A stretch of DNA of 64,000 nt from a virus (Duplodnaviria > Caudoviricetes): the IMG/VR virus record IMGVR_UViG_3300050821_003742, positions 36-64,035 of that record; one strand, written 5' to 3'. Of the stretch, positions 1 to 11,000 are shown in pieces; within the stretch, counting starts at the first letter, position 1; every line of letters begins with the position of its first letter. The notes under the pieces were generated by a model. The model worked only from the letters and a program-made list of their open reading frames with translations, ran no database searches and was not told where the DNA came from. The position numbers and the translations under genes are program-made.

Positions 1-434
1 GGAAGTCAGATTACTACCCTTGCTCAGGCGCTTTCTCTGTGCCCATCAACCGGATGCACTGTGGACATGCGTGGTAATGCTTCGGCCCTAAGTTTAGGAA
101 CCATAGATGTTGGTAACAACGGAAAAGCTCTTACATTGCTACTTGGACCTTTTAGCTACACTGCTACGCAGATTGTTCTCCGCACGGGAACTAAGATATT
201 TGGTATGGGTGCCACAACAGGTACAACACTGGGAACGAGTATAACCGCTACAAGTACCACTAATCCCCTAATTATTTCTTGTACTTCTTGTTCGACTGAC
301 CAACCTTCTGCTCATGTTGAATTGAAGGATATCAATCTATTCGGGGCTTCTAACGGTTCCAATACCAGCGACGGTATTTTCTTCGACTCTTCGGTATCGA
401 CCAGTGGACTTGGCGGTGTTTGGTACTCACTTTT
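1..434 (+). repeat. Terminal direct repeat, left copy (matches 63567-64000)
   Basis: Gap-free alignment with 63567-64000. About 41 mismatches in nt 1-336 by manual count; nt 337-434 identical. Confidence 0.97.
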
Positions 435-1470
435 TACCGATGTCAACATTTTCAAGTTTGGAGGAGTAGGTATTCACTTAAAGGGTCCTTCTACCGCAGG
501 GCATAACGGCGACAATCAGTGGATTACATTCATCAATACCAACGTATTCAGGACTCAAAATGGTGGCAATGCCATGCGTATTGAGGGCACTAATAACTTC
601 GTTACCTTTATCAACGGTGAACTGGATGGATACTTGGGAAATGGTGGCATAGATCCATCGGCTACGCCGAACATATTCATCGGCGGTGGTCCGGGAACTG
701 CAAGTGCGGGAGCGCCATACATCATAGATTTCATTGACACCGCCATACAGGGTTCCAACGTGCTGGTACAGATTGACGGTGGATACAGCATTAAGTTCGA
801 TCATTGCCACCATGAACAAGCAAATGGCGTGTTTCATATTACTCAAAATCAGAACGGCTCCGTTGTTCCCACCGTGGGACTTCTCATTGACGGTGAATCG
901 TTCAACGGAAACGTAGGACTCAACTCCGGTAACGGATATATTATGCAGTTGGATTCCGGAGTTACCGCTACTAACGTAGCTCTAAGGAATTCCGTATATG
1001 TTACGGCCAGCGCTGCTCCAGATCATTGGATAGTGAACAATGCTACGGATACCTCTGGACTGGACTTCTCCAACAATAGTTATGGTGGCTCAGCTGGAGC
1101 CGGAGCCGCTGGTACATATATTGCGGTTGACGGAGCGCTTCAAGCTTCTGCCAACGTATCATTTACAAGCATGGGAACAGGCGCATCTGTTACATCTATA
1201 AAGGGAACCGACAAAGCATTTACACTTGTTTTCTCAACTGGTACGGGATCTCCGTCCAATGGCGGAGGTATTACAATCAACTTTGCCAGCAATTTCAGCT
1301 TTCCTCCGGTATGCATGGCCAATAGGGCCGATTCACAGGCGCAGCAATTCAATTACATCTACAATCTTCCTGGATCAAATACCAGTGCTACGTTTACAAC
1401 TAGCGGGACTGCTCCGTCCGCTAGTACTTCCTATGCAATGAGTGTTATCTGCGTGGGTAAGCCCAACTAA
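1..1470 (+). CDS. Tailspike / beta-helix receptor-binding protein, C-terminal part (continues the ORF starting at 62817 across the join)
   Basis: Frame open from nt 1 and encodes the same peptide as 63567-64000. G/N/I-rich pectin-lyase-like beta-helix pattern (GDNQWITFINTNV, IKFDHCHHEQ) and a C-terminal beta domain. Confidence 0.75.
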   Translation, partial: GSQITTLAQALSLCPSTGCTVDMRGNASALSLGTIDVGNNGKALTLLLGPFSYTATQIVLRTGTKIFGMGATTGTTLGTSITATSTTNPLIISCTSCSTDQPSAHVELKDINLFGASNGSNTSDGIFFDSSVSTSGLGGVWYSLFTDVNIFKFGGVGIHLKGPSTAGHNGDNQWITFINTNVFRTQNGGNAMRIEGTNNFVTFINGELDGYLGNGGIDPSATPNIFIGGGPGTASAGAPYIIDFIDTAIQGSNVLVQIDGGYSIKFDHCHHEQANGVFHITQNQNGSVVPTVGLLIDGESFNGNVGLNSGNGYIMQLDSGVTATNVALRNSVYVTASAAPDHWIVNNATDTSGLDFSNNSYGGSAGAGAAGTYIAVDGALQASANVSFTSMGTGASVTSIKGTDKAFTLVFSTGTGSPSNGGGITINFASNFSFPPVCMANRADSQAQQFNYIYNLPGSNTSATFTTSGTAPSASTSYAMSVICVGKPN

Positions 1471-1471
1471 C

Positions 1472-2161
1472 ATGGCTCCACGTCAACAATTCACCCTGAC
1501 GCAGATACAGGGGATGTTCTACGACCGCGTTCAGCGGTCTCCATTCTTTGCAAATAGCGAAGTTACGGGATTCATAAACGAAGCCTTGCGTGTTTGGTCG
1601 TGTCTAACGGGATACTGGAAACAGCGCATTGTGATGACCACATTGCCATCGTTGCCGTACTACAGCCTTGCTGGATTCCTGTCTTCCGGTATGCACATAG
1701 AGTGGAACTCCAAACCACTAGATCAATCCAGCGTGACTAACTGGGATAAGGGATACCCGTTGTGGGAAGGACAACCCGGCACACCGCTAGAGTGGGCGCC
1801 CATAGGTATCAGCCTAATCGGCATTCGTCCCGCAGACATTGCTGGTGGAAATTCACTGGTAATTGACGGCCTAACAGTGGCTCCAACGCTATCGGCTCCG
1901 GGAAGTTTCATAGATATCGGTGCCGAGGAACTTAGCAGTTTGCTAAGTTACTGCCAGTACCTAGCGGCATTCAAGGAAGGTGGTGCGGAATTCGAAGCTG
2001 CCATACCGCTCTATCAAGGATTCCTCAAGGCAGCTTCGGTAAAGAACGAGAAACTATTGGCATCTGCTGTATTCAGGAAGGCCATGGGCATGGATACAGA
2101 CCTTGCGGGACAACGTCCAAGGCGTACTAAGTCTCAATTACAGCCTGTAGGAGAGCGATGA
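1472..2161 (+). CDS. Head-tail adaptor / tail ring-like protein (paralog 1)
   Basis: ATG 1472. EVTGFINEALR...YYSL...W.GQPGTP..W...IGIRPA...LLSYCQYLAAFKE pattern of podovirus adaptor/gatekeeper-type proteins. Confidence 0.6.
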   Translation: MAPRQQFTLTQIQGMFYDRVQRSPFFANSEVTGFINEALRVWSCLTGYWKQRIVMTTLPSLPYYSLAGFLSSGMHIEWNSKPLDQSSVTNWDKGYPLWEGQPGTPLEWAPIGISLIGIRPADIAGGNSLVIDGLTVAPTLSAPGSFIDIGAEELSSLLSYCQYLAAFKEGGAEFEAAIPLYQGFLKAASVKNEKLLASAVFRKAMGMDTDLAGQRPRRTKSQLQPVGER

Positions 2162-5100
2162 TGAAAAGACTTTTTACACTGTTACTTCTTGCCAGCGCGG
2201 CATTCGCTCAAGACTACACGACCACACCCAACCTCGGCTTGAAGCTGCCCAAGCAGGGATCAACCAACTGGGGTCCGTATGTTAACCAGGACTTTACCAC
2301 CCTTGATGCTGCCGTAGGTCAATTCAAGGGTGGATTCGTCACCGTACCGTTCAGTGCTACACCGGTATTTAATCTTACTCTTGGTAATACGTTTCAGCTT
2401 ACGCTTAGTGGCAATGTAACTTCATCTACGGTGAATCAGCCCGGTATCACTGCCGGTCAACTTCTATATTTAATCGTATGCCAAGACGGTTCCGGAAACA
2501 GAATCTTTACATTTCCGGCAAGCTTCCTGGCACCACTTCCATCGGTTACGGTGGTAGGTAATCAGTGTACTGCCACAACTTGGATATGGAGTGCACCTCT
2601 AGCCAAGTGGGTATCTACCGGCGCCGGAGGAGGAGGTGGCGGAGGAGGCGGTGGAAACCCGGGCGCTCCCAATCTGTCATTGCAATACAACAACGGTGGA
2701 GTACTTGGTGGAAGCAATATTCTATTTACCTCTCCTGGAACCTATAGTTCAACAATAGATACTTCAATTTCACTTCTTTCATCTGACAGCTTGAATTCCA
2801 TTTCTTTATCTGCGGATTCAAATATTCCAGCAACTCCGGGTGGGGCAGCATTTATTAGATCAAATGTTTCTGCGGCGCCATCAGCTTATAGCTTCGTATC
2901 CGCTACGGCAATTGGGGGAACTCAAACGGGTGGCAATTGCTATGGTGGAGGAGCAGGAAGCCCTCCATGTGCCGTTGGTGGATTCTTTAATGTTGGCGAT
3001 CTTGCCGGAGATACAAATAATGGTCAGGACGCAGTAGGTGCAGATGTAAGTCTTACGATGAGTAAAACATCGGGGAGCATGAACAACGTATCTGGAGTTG
3101 CCATACTTACTCCAAGGAATGCTCTGGGCGGTTCAATTGCCGAAACTGCCACTAATCTATGGGGAGTAAAGATTCAAGACCTTGGTGGATTTGGCACTAC
3201 AGATCAAGCGGCCATAAAGATTGATTCACAAACCGCTGGTTCCGGTACAAGCTATGCAATAGAAGCCTCGTCTGGTTCCGGGCTTAGCTTACTCAACGAT
3301 GGTGTTCAGTCTAGCTTCTTTAGGAAGGGTGCGGCAACTCCTGCGGCGGCAACCGGCGATGTTCGCTTGCCCAACAATGAGAGTGTATGTTGGCGCAACT
3401 TTGGAGGGTCCGGAGACAATTGTATTACCAGCAACGCTTCGGACCTATTCAATTTCTCAACCGGTATCACCGGAACTGGAAGCACGGGAACCCTTACACT
3501 GGGCACTGGTGCCACAAACACTGCCAACACATGGACCGCTAACCAGACTCTTTCCAATGGTACTGAGTTGCGCTTTATCTCGTCTGACTTATCTCACTAT
3601 GCCGGATTCAAAGGCGGGGCCAGCGTAAGTAACTTAGTATGGTTATTCCCAACCACCGACTCTAGTGGTACACAATGCTTGGCATCTAACGGTTCCTTAC
3701 AGTTGTCGTGGTCCGCGTGCTCTGCTGGTACGGGCACACCTGGTGGCGCAACTACCAACGTTCAGTACAACAACTCTGGCTCATTCGCCGGTTCTGGTAA
3801 CTTCACATTCGATGGTACAGGACTAGTGGGCATAGGTCTGGCCAACACTACCCTAGGAAAACTTAAGCTTTTCGGTTCAACCAGCGGCGATGTAACCATT
3901 CAGCCGCAAGCGGTGGCGGGCACGGCCACGGTACTTACTGCTCCCAATACCACCGGTACGATTGCAGATGGAGCCAGCGTTCCGCTAGTTCTCTCAGTTA
4001 CCACGGGTAACCTGACTTGTCCTACCTGTACCACCAATGCTGCAGCTCTTACTGCCAATCGAATCGTTCTTGGTGGCGGGGCTCAGGCTACCACCGTACT
4101 TGGTTCTCTAGGAACTACTACTACCTTGTTGCATGGTAATGCCGCTGGAGCACCAACTTTCGGTGCCGTAGGTCTTACTACCGACGTAACCGGTGTATTA
4201 CCAGTGGCCAATGGTGGTACGTCTGGAGCTACGGCTGCGGCAGGATTCGACGCCTTGGCGCCAACTACGACACAGGGTGATTTGATTATTCGCGGTGCCA
4301 GTTCAAACGTTAGGCTACCAATCGGAGCCATTGGAACCTGCTTAGTATCCAATGGAACAACGGCTGCATATGGATCTTGCGCATCTGGCACAGTTGGTGG
4401 TTCTGCTACTGCGGGACAAGGAACATTCTGGACTGGAACGGGAACCATTGGAGGCAGTTCCAACTGGCTGTATTCCTCTTCAAGCGGTCACAGTACGATT
4501 CAAGGTGCCAACAACACTGACTTGTTTTACGGACAGCGCTTTACCGACTCCGCACCAACCGGTAACCTATTTCACTTCCAGAATGCCGCTGCCAATGCTG
4601 ATGTTGCCAAGCTTGACGTTAATGGCAATCTTACCATTTCCTCTGTGACTTTTAATGGTGCAGGTGCCGCCGGGGCGATTAATCTATTACAGGGTACGAC
4701 GCCAGCATTGATAGCCAATACCGTACAGTTAGTTGCTCCAACAAGCGTTGCGGCTGGCGGTATCCAGTATCTATACCCCGGCACGCCTGCCAGTGGATTC
4801 ATTCGCTGGACCAATCTTACTGGCACAGAAACTGGAGCTCTTACAACTGCCTCGGGTACAGGCGCATGCGTTGTAGGAACCTATGTAACAACACTCAATG
4901 ACAATGCGGTTCCAACATGTTCTCCACTGGTTGCAGGAGGATTCAGTTCCCAGGCTGCAAATACCTTTGTTGCAGCTCCCAGTGGTGTTGCCGGACTTCC
5001 TACGTTTAGAACGATTGTTAACGCCGATCTTCCGGCCATTGTATTGACCAGCGGAGTTACTGGAACGCTTCCAATTGCCAATGGAGGAACAAACGCAACC

Positions 5101-6726
5101 ACGGCATCTGCGGCGTTCAATAATCTATCTCCAATGACTGCTGCAGGAAGTTTGATTTACGGTGGTACCAGTGGTGCTGGAACTGAATTGGTTGCCGGTA
5201 CAGCCAACCAGGTACTACATAGTGGTACTACTCCATCGTGGGGTGCGGTAGCATTGGCCACACAGGTTAGTGGTACGCTGCCAATTGCCAATGGTGGTAC
5301 CGGGCAGACTACCGCAGGAGCGGCATTTAATGCGTTAGCCCCTGCAGCCTCGGCCAATGCGGTATTGTATGCCACGGGAAGTAACACTTGGGGACAGTTG
5401 CCGGCGGGTAATGGATGCTTACAAGAAGTTAGTTCCGGCACTCCAACGTGGGGTACTTGCGGAGGTGCCGGAGGAGCTAACTGGGATACTATCGGAAATC
5501 CTGGAAGCGATTTGTCACTTTTAATGGGCACTAATAACACCCTATTTACATGGGGTGTGATGGTAAGCGCAAGGAATGCATTTGAAATGGTAGACGGTGC
5601 ATCTACGAGTACTGGAAGCTTGCTTAGCCTGCATACCGGCGCTACGTCAACAATGAAACCTTTAACAGTTACTGCCAAGGGTACGGCTAACGGTGTTCAG
5701 ATGAGCAACGTTGGAAGTTTGGGAGTAATAGGTACCGGCCATATCGTAGCCGATCAACTATCAAGGACAATTACAACCACTACGCCATTGACTATCGGTG
5801 GCGGAGCAAGTGCCGATCTTACCGCAGACCGTACACTGGCATGTTCTACTTGCGTAACCAGTTCTTCGGCATTGTCTAACGGCGCTATCGTTCTTGGTTC
5901 CGGTGGAGGTCAGGGTTCTGCAACTGATGCAAATATTACAAGTACAGGAGCTGGAGTATTAACCATTGCCAATACGGCTACGAACACAGTTCCTCTTACG
6001 GTCAATGCTCCAACTGCGCAGACCAGTGATTTGTTAGATTTGAAAGTCAATGGCACCAGGCAATTTTATGTAACCAATACCGGAGGATTTGTTGGACTTG
6101 GTAACTCGGTCCTTGGTGGAACATTGAACGTAGGCACTAACGGTGGCACGGGTGGTGCCTTAACTCTTAATGGCGCTACCAGCGGTGCTTGCACCATCAA
6201 CGTTGCTTCTACTGGTGGCCTGGGCCTTGGCATGTGCGGGACTAGCGTTACGCCGGCTAACCTTGTTGTGGCATCTTCTCCCGGAGCAGGTATCGCTCAC
6301 TTTGCCGGAAGTACGCAGACGGTTACATCGTCTTCCATCGTGGCAGCCGACATAACCAGTGGAACCATTACTGGTACGCAGATTGCTTCCTCGGTTGCGT
6401 TAGCTGGAACACCTACAGTTACCGCTGGATCAATAACCGGAACAGTTGCCAGCGGTACATCGGCAATGGGGACTGCATCAATTTCTTCCGGTGCTTGTGC
6501 CACCGTAGTTACCACATCTGCCACTGGAACAGCGACTACGGATGTGATTCAATATACTCCCAACGCTGATCCTACGGTACTAAATGGATACGGAGTTTCA
6601 TCTACCGGGTCACTCTACATCTGGGCATATCCTACCGCCAACAACGTAAATTTCAAGGTATGCAATAACACCGCAAATCCGATTACTCCATCGGCATTGA
6701 CACTAAATTGGAGGGTTGTACGGTAA
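2158..6726 (+). CDS. Long tail fibre protein with N-terminal Sec signal peptide
   Basis: MKRLFTLLLLASAAFA|Q, then TTPNLGLKLP..GS.NWG..VN fibre N-terminal motif, three LP(V/I)ANGGT fibre repeats and two QYNN.G...G repeats. Confidence 0.8.
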   Translation: MMKRLFTLLLLASAAFAQDYTTTPNLGLKLPKQGSTNWGPYVNQDFTTLDAAVGQFKGGFVTVPFSATPVFNLTLGNTFQLTLSGNVTSSTVNQPGITAGQLLYLIVCQDGSGNRIFTFPASFLAPLPSVTVVGNQCTATTWIWSAPLAKWVSTGAGGGGGGGGGGNPGAPNLSLQYNNGGVLGGSNILFTSPGTYSSTIDTSISLLSSDSLNSISLSADSNIPATPGGAAFIRSNVSAAPSAYSFVSATAIGGTQTGGNCYGGGAGSPPCAVGGFFNVGDLAGDTNNGQDAVGADVSLTMSKTSGSMNNVSGVAILTPRNALGGSIAETATNLWGVKIQDLGGFGTTDQAAIKIDSQTAGSGTSYAIEASSGSGLSLLNDGVQSSFFRKGAATPAAATGDVRLPNNESVCWRNFGGSGDNCITSNASDLFNFSTGITGTGSTGTLTLGTGATNTANTWTANQTLSNGTELRFISSDLSHYAGFKGGASVSNLVWLFPTTDSSGTQCLASNGSLQLSWSACSAGTGTPGGATTNVQYNNSGSFAGSGNFTFDGTGLVGIGLANTTLGKLKLFGSTSGDVTIQPQAVAGTATVLTAPNTTGTIADGASVPLVLSVTTGNLTCPTCTTNAAALTANRIVLGGGAQATTVLGSLGTTTTLLHGNAAGAPTFGAVGLTTDVTGVLPVANGGTSGATAAAGFDALAPTTTQGDLIIRGASSNVRLPIGAIGTCLVSNGTTAAYGSCASGTVGGSATAGQGTFWTGTGTIGGSSNWLYSSSSGHSTIQGANNTDLFYGQRFTDSAPTGNLFHFQNAAANADVAKLDVNGNLTISSVTFNGAGAAGAINLLQGTTPALIANTVQLVAPTSVAAGGIQYLYPGTPASGFIRWTNLTGTETGALTTASGTGACVVGTYVTTLNDNAVPTCSPLVAGGFSSQAANTFVAAPSGVAGLPTFRTIVNADLPAIVLTSGVTGTLPIANGGTNATTASAAFNNLSPMTAAGSLIYGGTSGAGTELVAGTANQVLHSGTTPSWGAVALATQVSGTLPIANGGTGQTTAGAAFNALAPAASANAVLYATGSNTWGQLPAGNGCLQEVSSGTPTWGTCGGAGGANWDTIGNPGSDLSLLMGTNNTLFTWGVMVSARNAFEMVDGASTSTGSLLSLHTGATSTMKPLTVTAKGTANGVQMSNVGSLGVIGTGHIVADQLSRTITTTTPLTIGGGASADLTADRTLACSTCVTSSSALSNGAIVLGSGGGQGSATDANITSTGAGVLTIANTATNTVPLTVNAPTAQTSDLLDLKVNGTRQFYVTNTGGFVGLGNSVLGGTLNVGTNGGTGGALTLNGATSGACTINVASTGGLGLGMCGTSVTPANLVVASSPGAGIAHFAGSTQTVTSSSIVAADITSGTITGTQIASSVALAGTPTVTAGSITGTVASGTSAMGTASISSGACATVVTTSATGTATTDVIQYTPNADPTVLNGYGVSSTGSLYIWAYPTANNVNFKVCNNTANPITPSALTLNWRVVR

Positions 6727-8033
6727 TGATTAGGTTTCTTTCTCTGCTGTTCATCTTATCTCCAGCATTTGCGCAGATGCCTATGGGCGGAGTTACCAGT
6801 AGCGCATGCGGTCCGGTGACTAGCGGACATGTGTACAACACTACGTTTCCCCTTACCGAAGTTCCAATTTCAGAATGCGGTAACTGGACGAATGGCGGCG
6901 CATTCGGCTGGAACAACGTTAACACTACAACCAATCTGGCTTACGGAACACAGTCTGGGGCAAGTAACGATTTCAAGGATTCCACCGCACTGCTTGGTGG
7001 GACATGGGGAAACGACCAACAAGTTTCTTTTATCATCAAGAATGGCAATCCGGGAACATCACAACAGGAAATAGAAGCGAGGTTAAGAAGCCATCTGGCA
7101 TCTAATAGTTCAACTGGGTATGAAGCTGATTTCATCATAAGTCCAGCCGCTAGTTGTGGTGCTCAAAATGTCCGTTGGAATGGAGCAGTGGGTAATTTCA
7201 CGGTTCTTGGTAATCAACCGATGACCTGTCCAGTAACCGGGGATACGTTCACCACCACAATGATTGGTACAACGATGAAGCTGTATTCTAATGGTCTGCT
7301 ATTAGTAACCAGTACTGACGCTACCTACGCTTCTGGCCAACCAGGGATGGGGCAGTATTTTTTCGGTACTGGAGCAACTGGAACGGACTTTGGTCAGAGT
7401 TCGATGCGTTTCACAGATAAGCCGTTACATTCGGTAGCGCATACTTCGAAAGATAATACCTCTACGGCGGTTGCACTTACAGCCATTAATACAACCGGAG
7501 CTACGGAGATTGTAGTGGTGGTGTTTTGGAATTCAACCACTAGAACAGTTACCTGTACTGGCAGTACATCCGGGGCTTTGTCCGCCATTACCGGCCCTAC
7601 CACGATTACTGGATTGTCTAACTACCGCATGGAGATATTTCACAAGGACAATCCCACAACGGGAGCATCAGACGCTATCACCTGTACGCTATCAGGTTCT
7701 GGAAACATAGATATCGGGGCTGCCGCTAGTGCGATTATGGGGGTTTCTGCTGTCGATCAAGCCCCGGCTATTCATGTCGCTACGGCTGCTACGGCTGCTG
7801 CTACGACAACCTCGACAACTACAGCGGTTGATGAGTACTTGATAGGCGCATGCGTTCTCGGGGGCAATTTGACATTAGGTAGTCAAACTACCCAATTCAG
7901 CTTGCTAGAGAATACCAACTTCGGTGGGAATGCTTTCTATGATGGCATCTCTGTTAAGTTGCAGACCATTGCATTTAGCGTAAGTCAAGGTGCGTCAAAT
8001 CCATACGGTTGCTGGGCTGGAACATTCAAGTGA
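6726..8033 (+). CDS. Secreted-type lectin-like beta-sandwich protein (putative fibre component)
   Basis: ATG overlaps the upstream TAA. MIRFLSLLFILSPAFA|Q; its N-terminal domain is similar to that of the next ORF. Confidence 0.65.
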   Translation: MIRFLSLLFILSPAFAQMPMGGVTSSACGPVTSGHVYNTTFPLTEVPISECGNWTNGGAFGWNNVNTTTNLAYGTQSGASNDFKDSTALLGGTWGNDQQVSFIIKNGNPGTSQQEIEARLRSHLASNSSTGYEADFIISPAASCGAQNVRWNGAVGNFTVLGNQPMTCPVTGDTFTTTMIGTTMKLYSNGLLLVTSTDATYASGQPGMGQYFFGTGATGTDFGQSSMRFTDKPLHSVAHTSKDNTSTAVALTAINTTGATEIVVVVFWNSTTRTVTCTGSTSGALSAITGPTTITGLSNYRMEIFHKDNPTTGASDAITCTLSGSGNIDIGAAASAIMGVSAVDQAPAIHVATAATAAATTTSTTTAVDEYLIGACVLGGNLTLGSQTTQFSLLENTNFGGNAFYDGISVKLQTIAFSVSQGASNPYGCWAGTFK

Positions 8034-11000
8034 TGAAGCGCCTCCTATTGCTCTTGTTTCTTTCTCCGCTAGGGCTTCTGGCGCAGGTTCCTACGCCGAA
8101 TACCAACTATCAGACGAACTTTCCACTCACGCAGAATCCAATCTCCGAAGGCGGTAACTGGCTGAACGGCAACACGAACGGCGGCGGTAAGTGGGGCAAC
8201 GTACAGACTACGCCAGGAATGGTATTTGGGACGGTAGAGAGCGCTGGATGCCCTGGAACGGCTACGCTTTGTAACGACAACACTGCAGTCCTTACAGGTA
8301 CTTGGCAATCGACCCAGATGGCCATGGCTACGGTTAGGATTGCCAATAGTAGTGGCCTTACTTCTGGTGCGCATGAGGTAGAACTACGACTACGAAGCAC
8401 CATCAACGCTACCGGTGGTGGAACAAACTCAGGATATGAGATCAATTGTTCAGTGAACACTGGTAATCCCTACGTTCAAATCGTTCGATGGAATGGGGCG
8501 TTAGGTAGTTTTTCTTTACTTAACTCCCAGAGTCCAGGCTCTGCATGCGCGAATGGTGACGTGCTAGCAGCTACTGCCATAGGATCGACTATCAGCGTAT
8601 ATAAATCCTCCGGTGGAGGATCTCTTGCATTAATTTTTAGCGTTACAGATTCAACGTTCAGCGGCGGATCTCCAGGCGTAGGATTCTTCAACAACAACGA
8701 CACAAATCAAAGTTTCTTCGGCTTCTCGAACTTCACCGCATGGGATGGGCCCGCTGCTGCGCAGATGATTCTTCCAGCCACATGTAGCCAAGCCAACGTG
8801 TCATCGGCGCTAACAAGCATCGCCAATGATGGCAGCGTGGTGCTAATTCCCCCTGGTACTTGTTTGTGGGCTTCAGGGATTAACTATACGCAGACTAAGA
8901 CGTTCGTGCTCGCGGGAGCTGGGGCAATTTCAGGCGATGGCAGCGGAAGTAACACCAGTGGAACGGGCTTCGACAATACCATTATTCAAGACGGCGCTGG
9001 CGGCAATAATGTTCTGACGTTTACGTTCATTAACGGGAAGTCCTCTAGGATAACAGGATTCGCACTAGCCGAAGGGTCCGGAGGAGCAACTAAGAATGGC
9101 GCACAACTCCAACTAGGAGGCTCGTCCGTATCGACCCGTCTTGACCATATGCACTTTAATCAGCTTCATGGCGGGTCCGTGGTTCAAGTAGAAGGATGCG
9201 TATATGGAGTTGGGGATCATAACCAGTTCGATGCCATCCTTTCTGAAACAGCCTTTAGCTTTAGGTATCACCACGGCAACTGTAATGGGGACACAACCAA
9301 CAACGGAAATGGTACTTGGGCCGCTGCCGATCTCTGGGGGAGCAGTTCATTCTTCTATACCGAGAATAACAACTTTCAAATGTTGCCGTTGAATGCGTCC
9401 GCTGGCGCTCATAACTTCGACTTTGATTGTGGCCGTGGTGGTCGTTTCGTGTTCCGCTATAACTACAGCGGGTTCCGCATGATAACGCAAACCCACTTCG
9501 ATCCCGGAGGAAGCCCCAACGTTCCCATTCGCCCTTGCCGCGCTCACGAAGAGTACAACAATATCTTTGCTTGGAGCACCAGTCCAAGTACAGACAGCGG
9601 GGGAATGCTTGAAGATAACGAGTCTGGCGCAGGATTGTTTTACAGCAACACTATCAGTGCGCTGACCACTGTACAAAGGGTGCAGATAACTCGCCAGAAT
9701 AATGCTACGTATACATGGGCAGCGCCTCCAAACGGATGGGGCTACTGTGGTACTGCTAACGGACCAAGCAATTGGGATGAAAATACGGGCAGCACGGGAT
9801 ACAGATGCTTGGATCAAGTGGGAGCGGGGCAGGGCGATCTCCTAACCAATACTGCTCCAAACAACAACCCCACAACGAATAGCACTACGGGATGCGTTTC
9901 AAGCCAATCATGTGCATGGCCACGGGAAGCACTTTCCCCTTGGTATGTGTGGAATAACGCATTTTCCCCGGTACCAAATGCTACGAATCATTTATGGGCT
10001 GATTTCAATTCCCCCACTCCAGTTGTGGAAAACAGGGATTATTATCTCAGCCTTCCCAATGTCAATGAACCAGGAACGTTTACGGGCGCAACCGGAATGG
10101 GCTGCGGACCTACCGCAGCGGGACTTTGCACTACGCCCGTAGCGCGTCCCGCCACTTGCACGGCGGGGCCGACGACGAACAGCCCGTACAACACACCAGG
10201 CTCGCCAGGGGTCGGCTACTGGGACAACAGCACAACTCCGGGCAAACTGTACGTCTGCACGGCCACGAACACTTGGACCCCGTACTACACGCCGTACACT
10301 TACCCACATCCTTTGGTTGGCGGGGCAGCTCCTACCATAGTTATTCCAACGGTAACAACAACAACGGCTACGAGTATAACGACTACAACGGCATCTTCTG
10401 GCGGAACGGTGACATCCAATGGAGGAGACCCTAACGGAATTTCCTCCGAGGGTGTATGCTACGCAACAACGGCGAATCCAACTTCGCCCTGTACTTCGAA
10501 CGGTACAGCAAGTCCATTTACCAGTTCCATATCTGGATTGACAACCAACACCCTATATCACTACAGGGCTTTTGCAGCTAATACTGCAGGTACTGGATTT
10601 GGAAGTGATCTTACATTCACCACACTAAGCAATGGAGCAGTTCCTCCTTCGTTCAGTCCGGCGCCAGGAACATATACAACCCCACAGAACGTAGTGCTTA
10701 CAACAACTACTCCCGGGGCGCAGATCATCTATACCATGGATGGTGACGTTCCAACGTCTACCAATGGAGCGTTCTATTCCAGCTACGGACCCATAGTTGT
10801 TTCGTTTACCGATACGATCAAGGCATATACTACTGCTCCCGGATTCGTGGATAGTCCGGTTGTTACCGCAACATACACGATTAATCCCGGTCCCGGACCT
10901 CAGCAGAACTACACGGTTCGTACCGATAAGAACGGTGCAGCTCCGGAAGATTGGACAACAATACCTATTCCCTGTTCTCCTGCGCCGTGTAACTTTGCCG

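Noticed and set aside
1-434. Diversity-generating retroelement TR/VR pair
   Set aside because: Differences are mostly third-position C/T and synonymous rather than adenine-specific, and no reverse transcriptase is present.
2620-2660. GGN low-complexity run as a mobile or VNTR element
   Set aside because: Encodes an ordinary poly-Gly hinge in the fibre with mixed codons.
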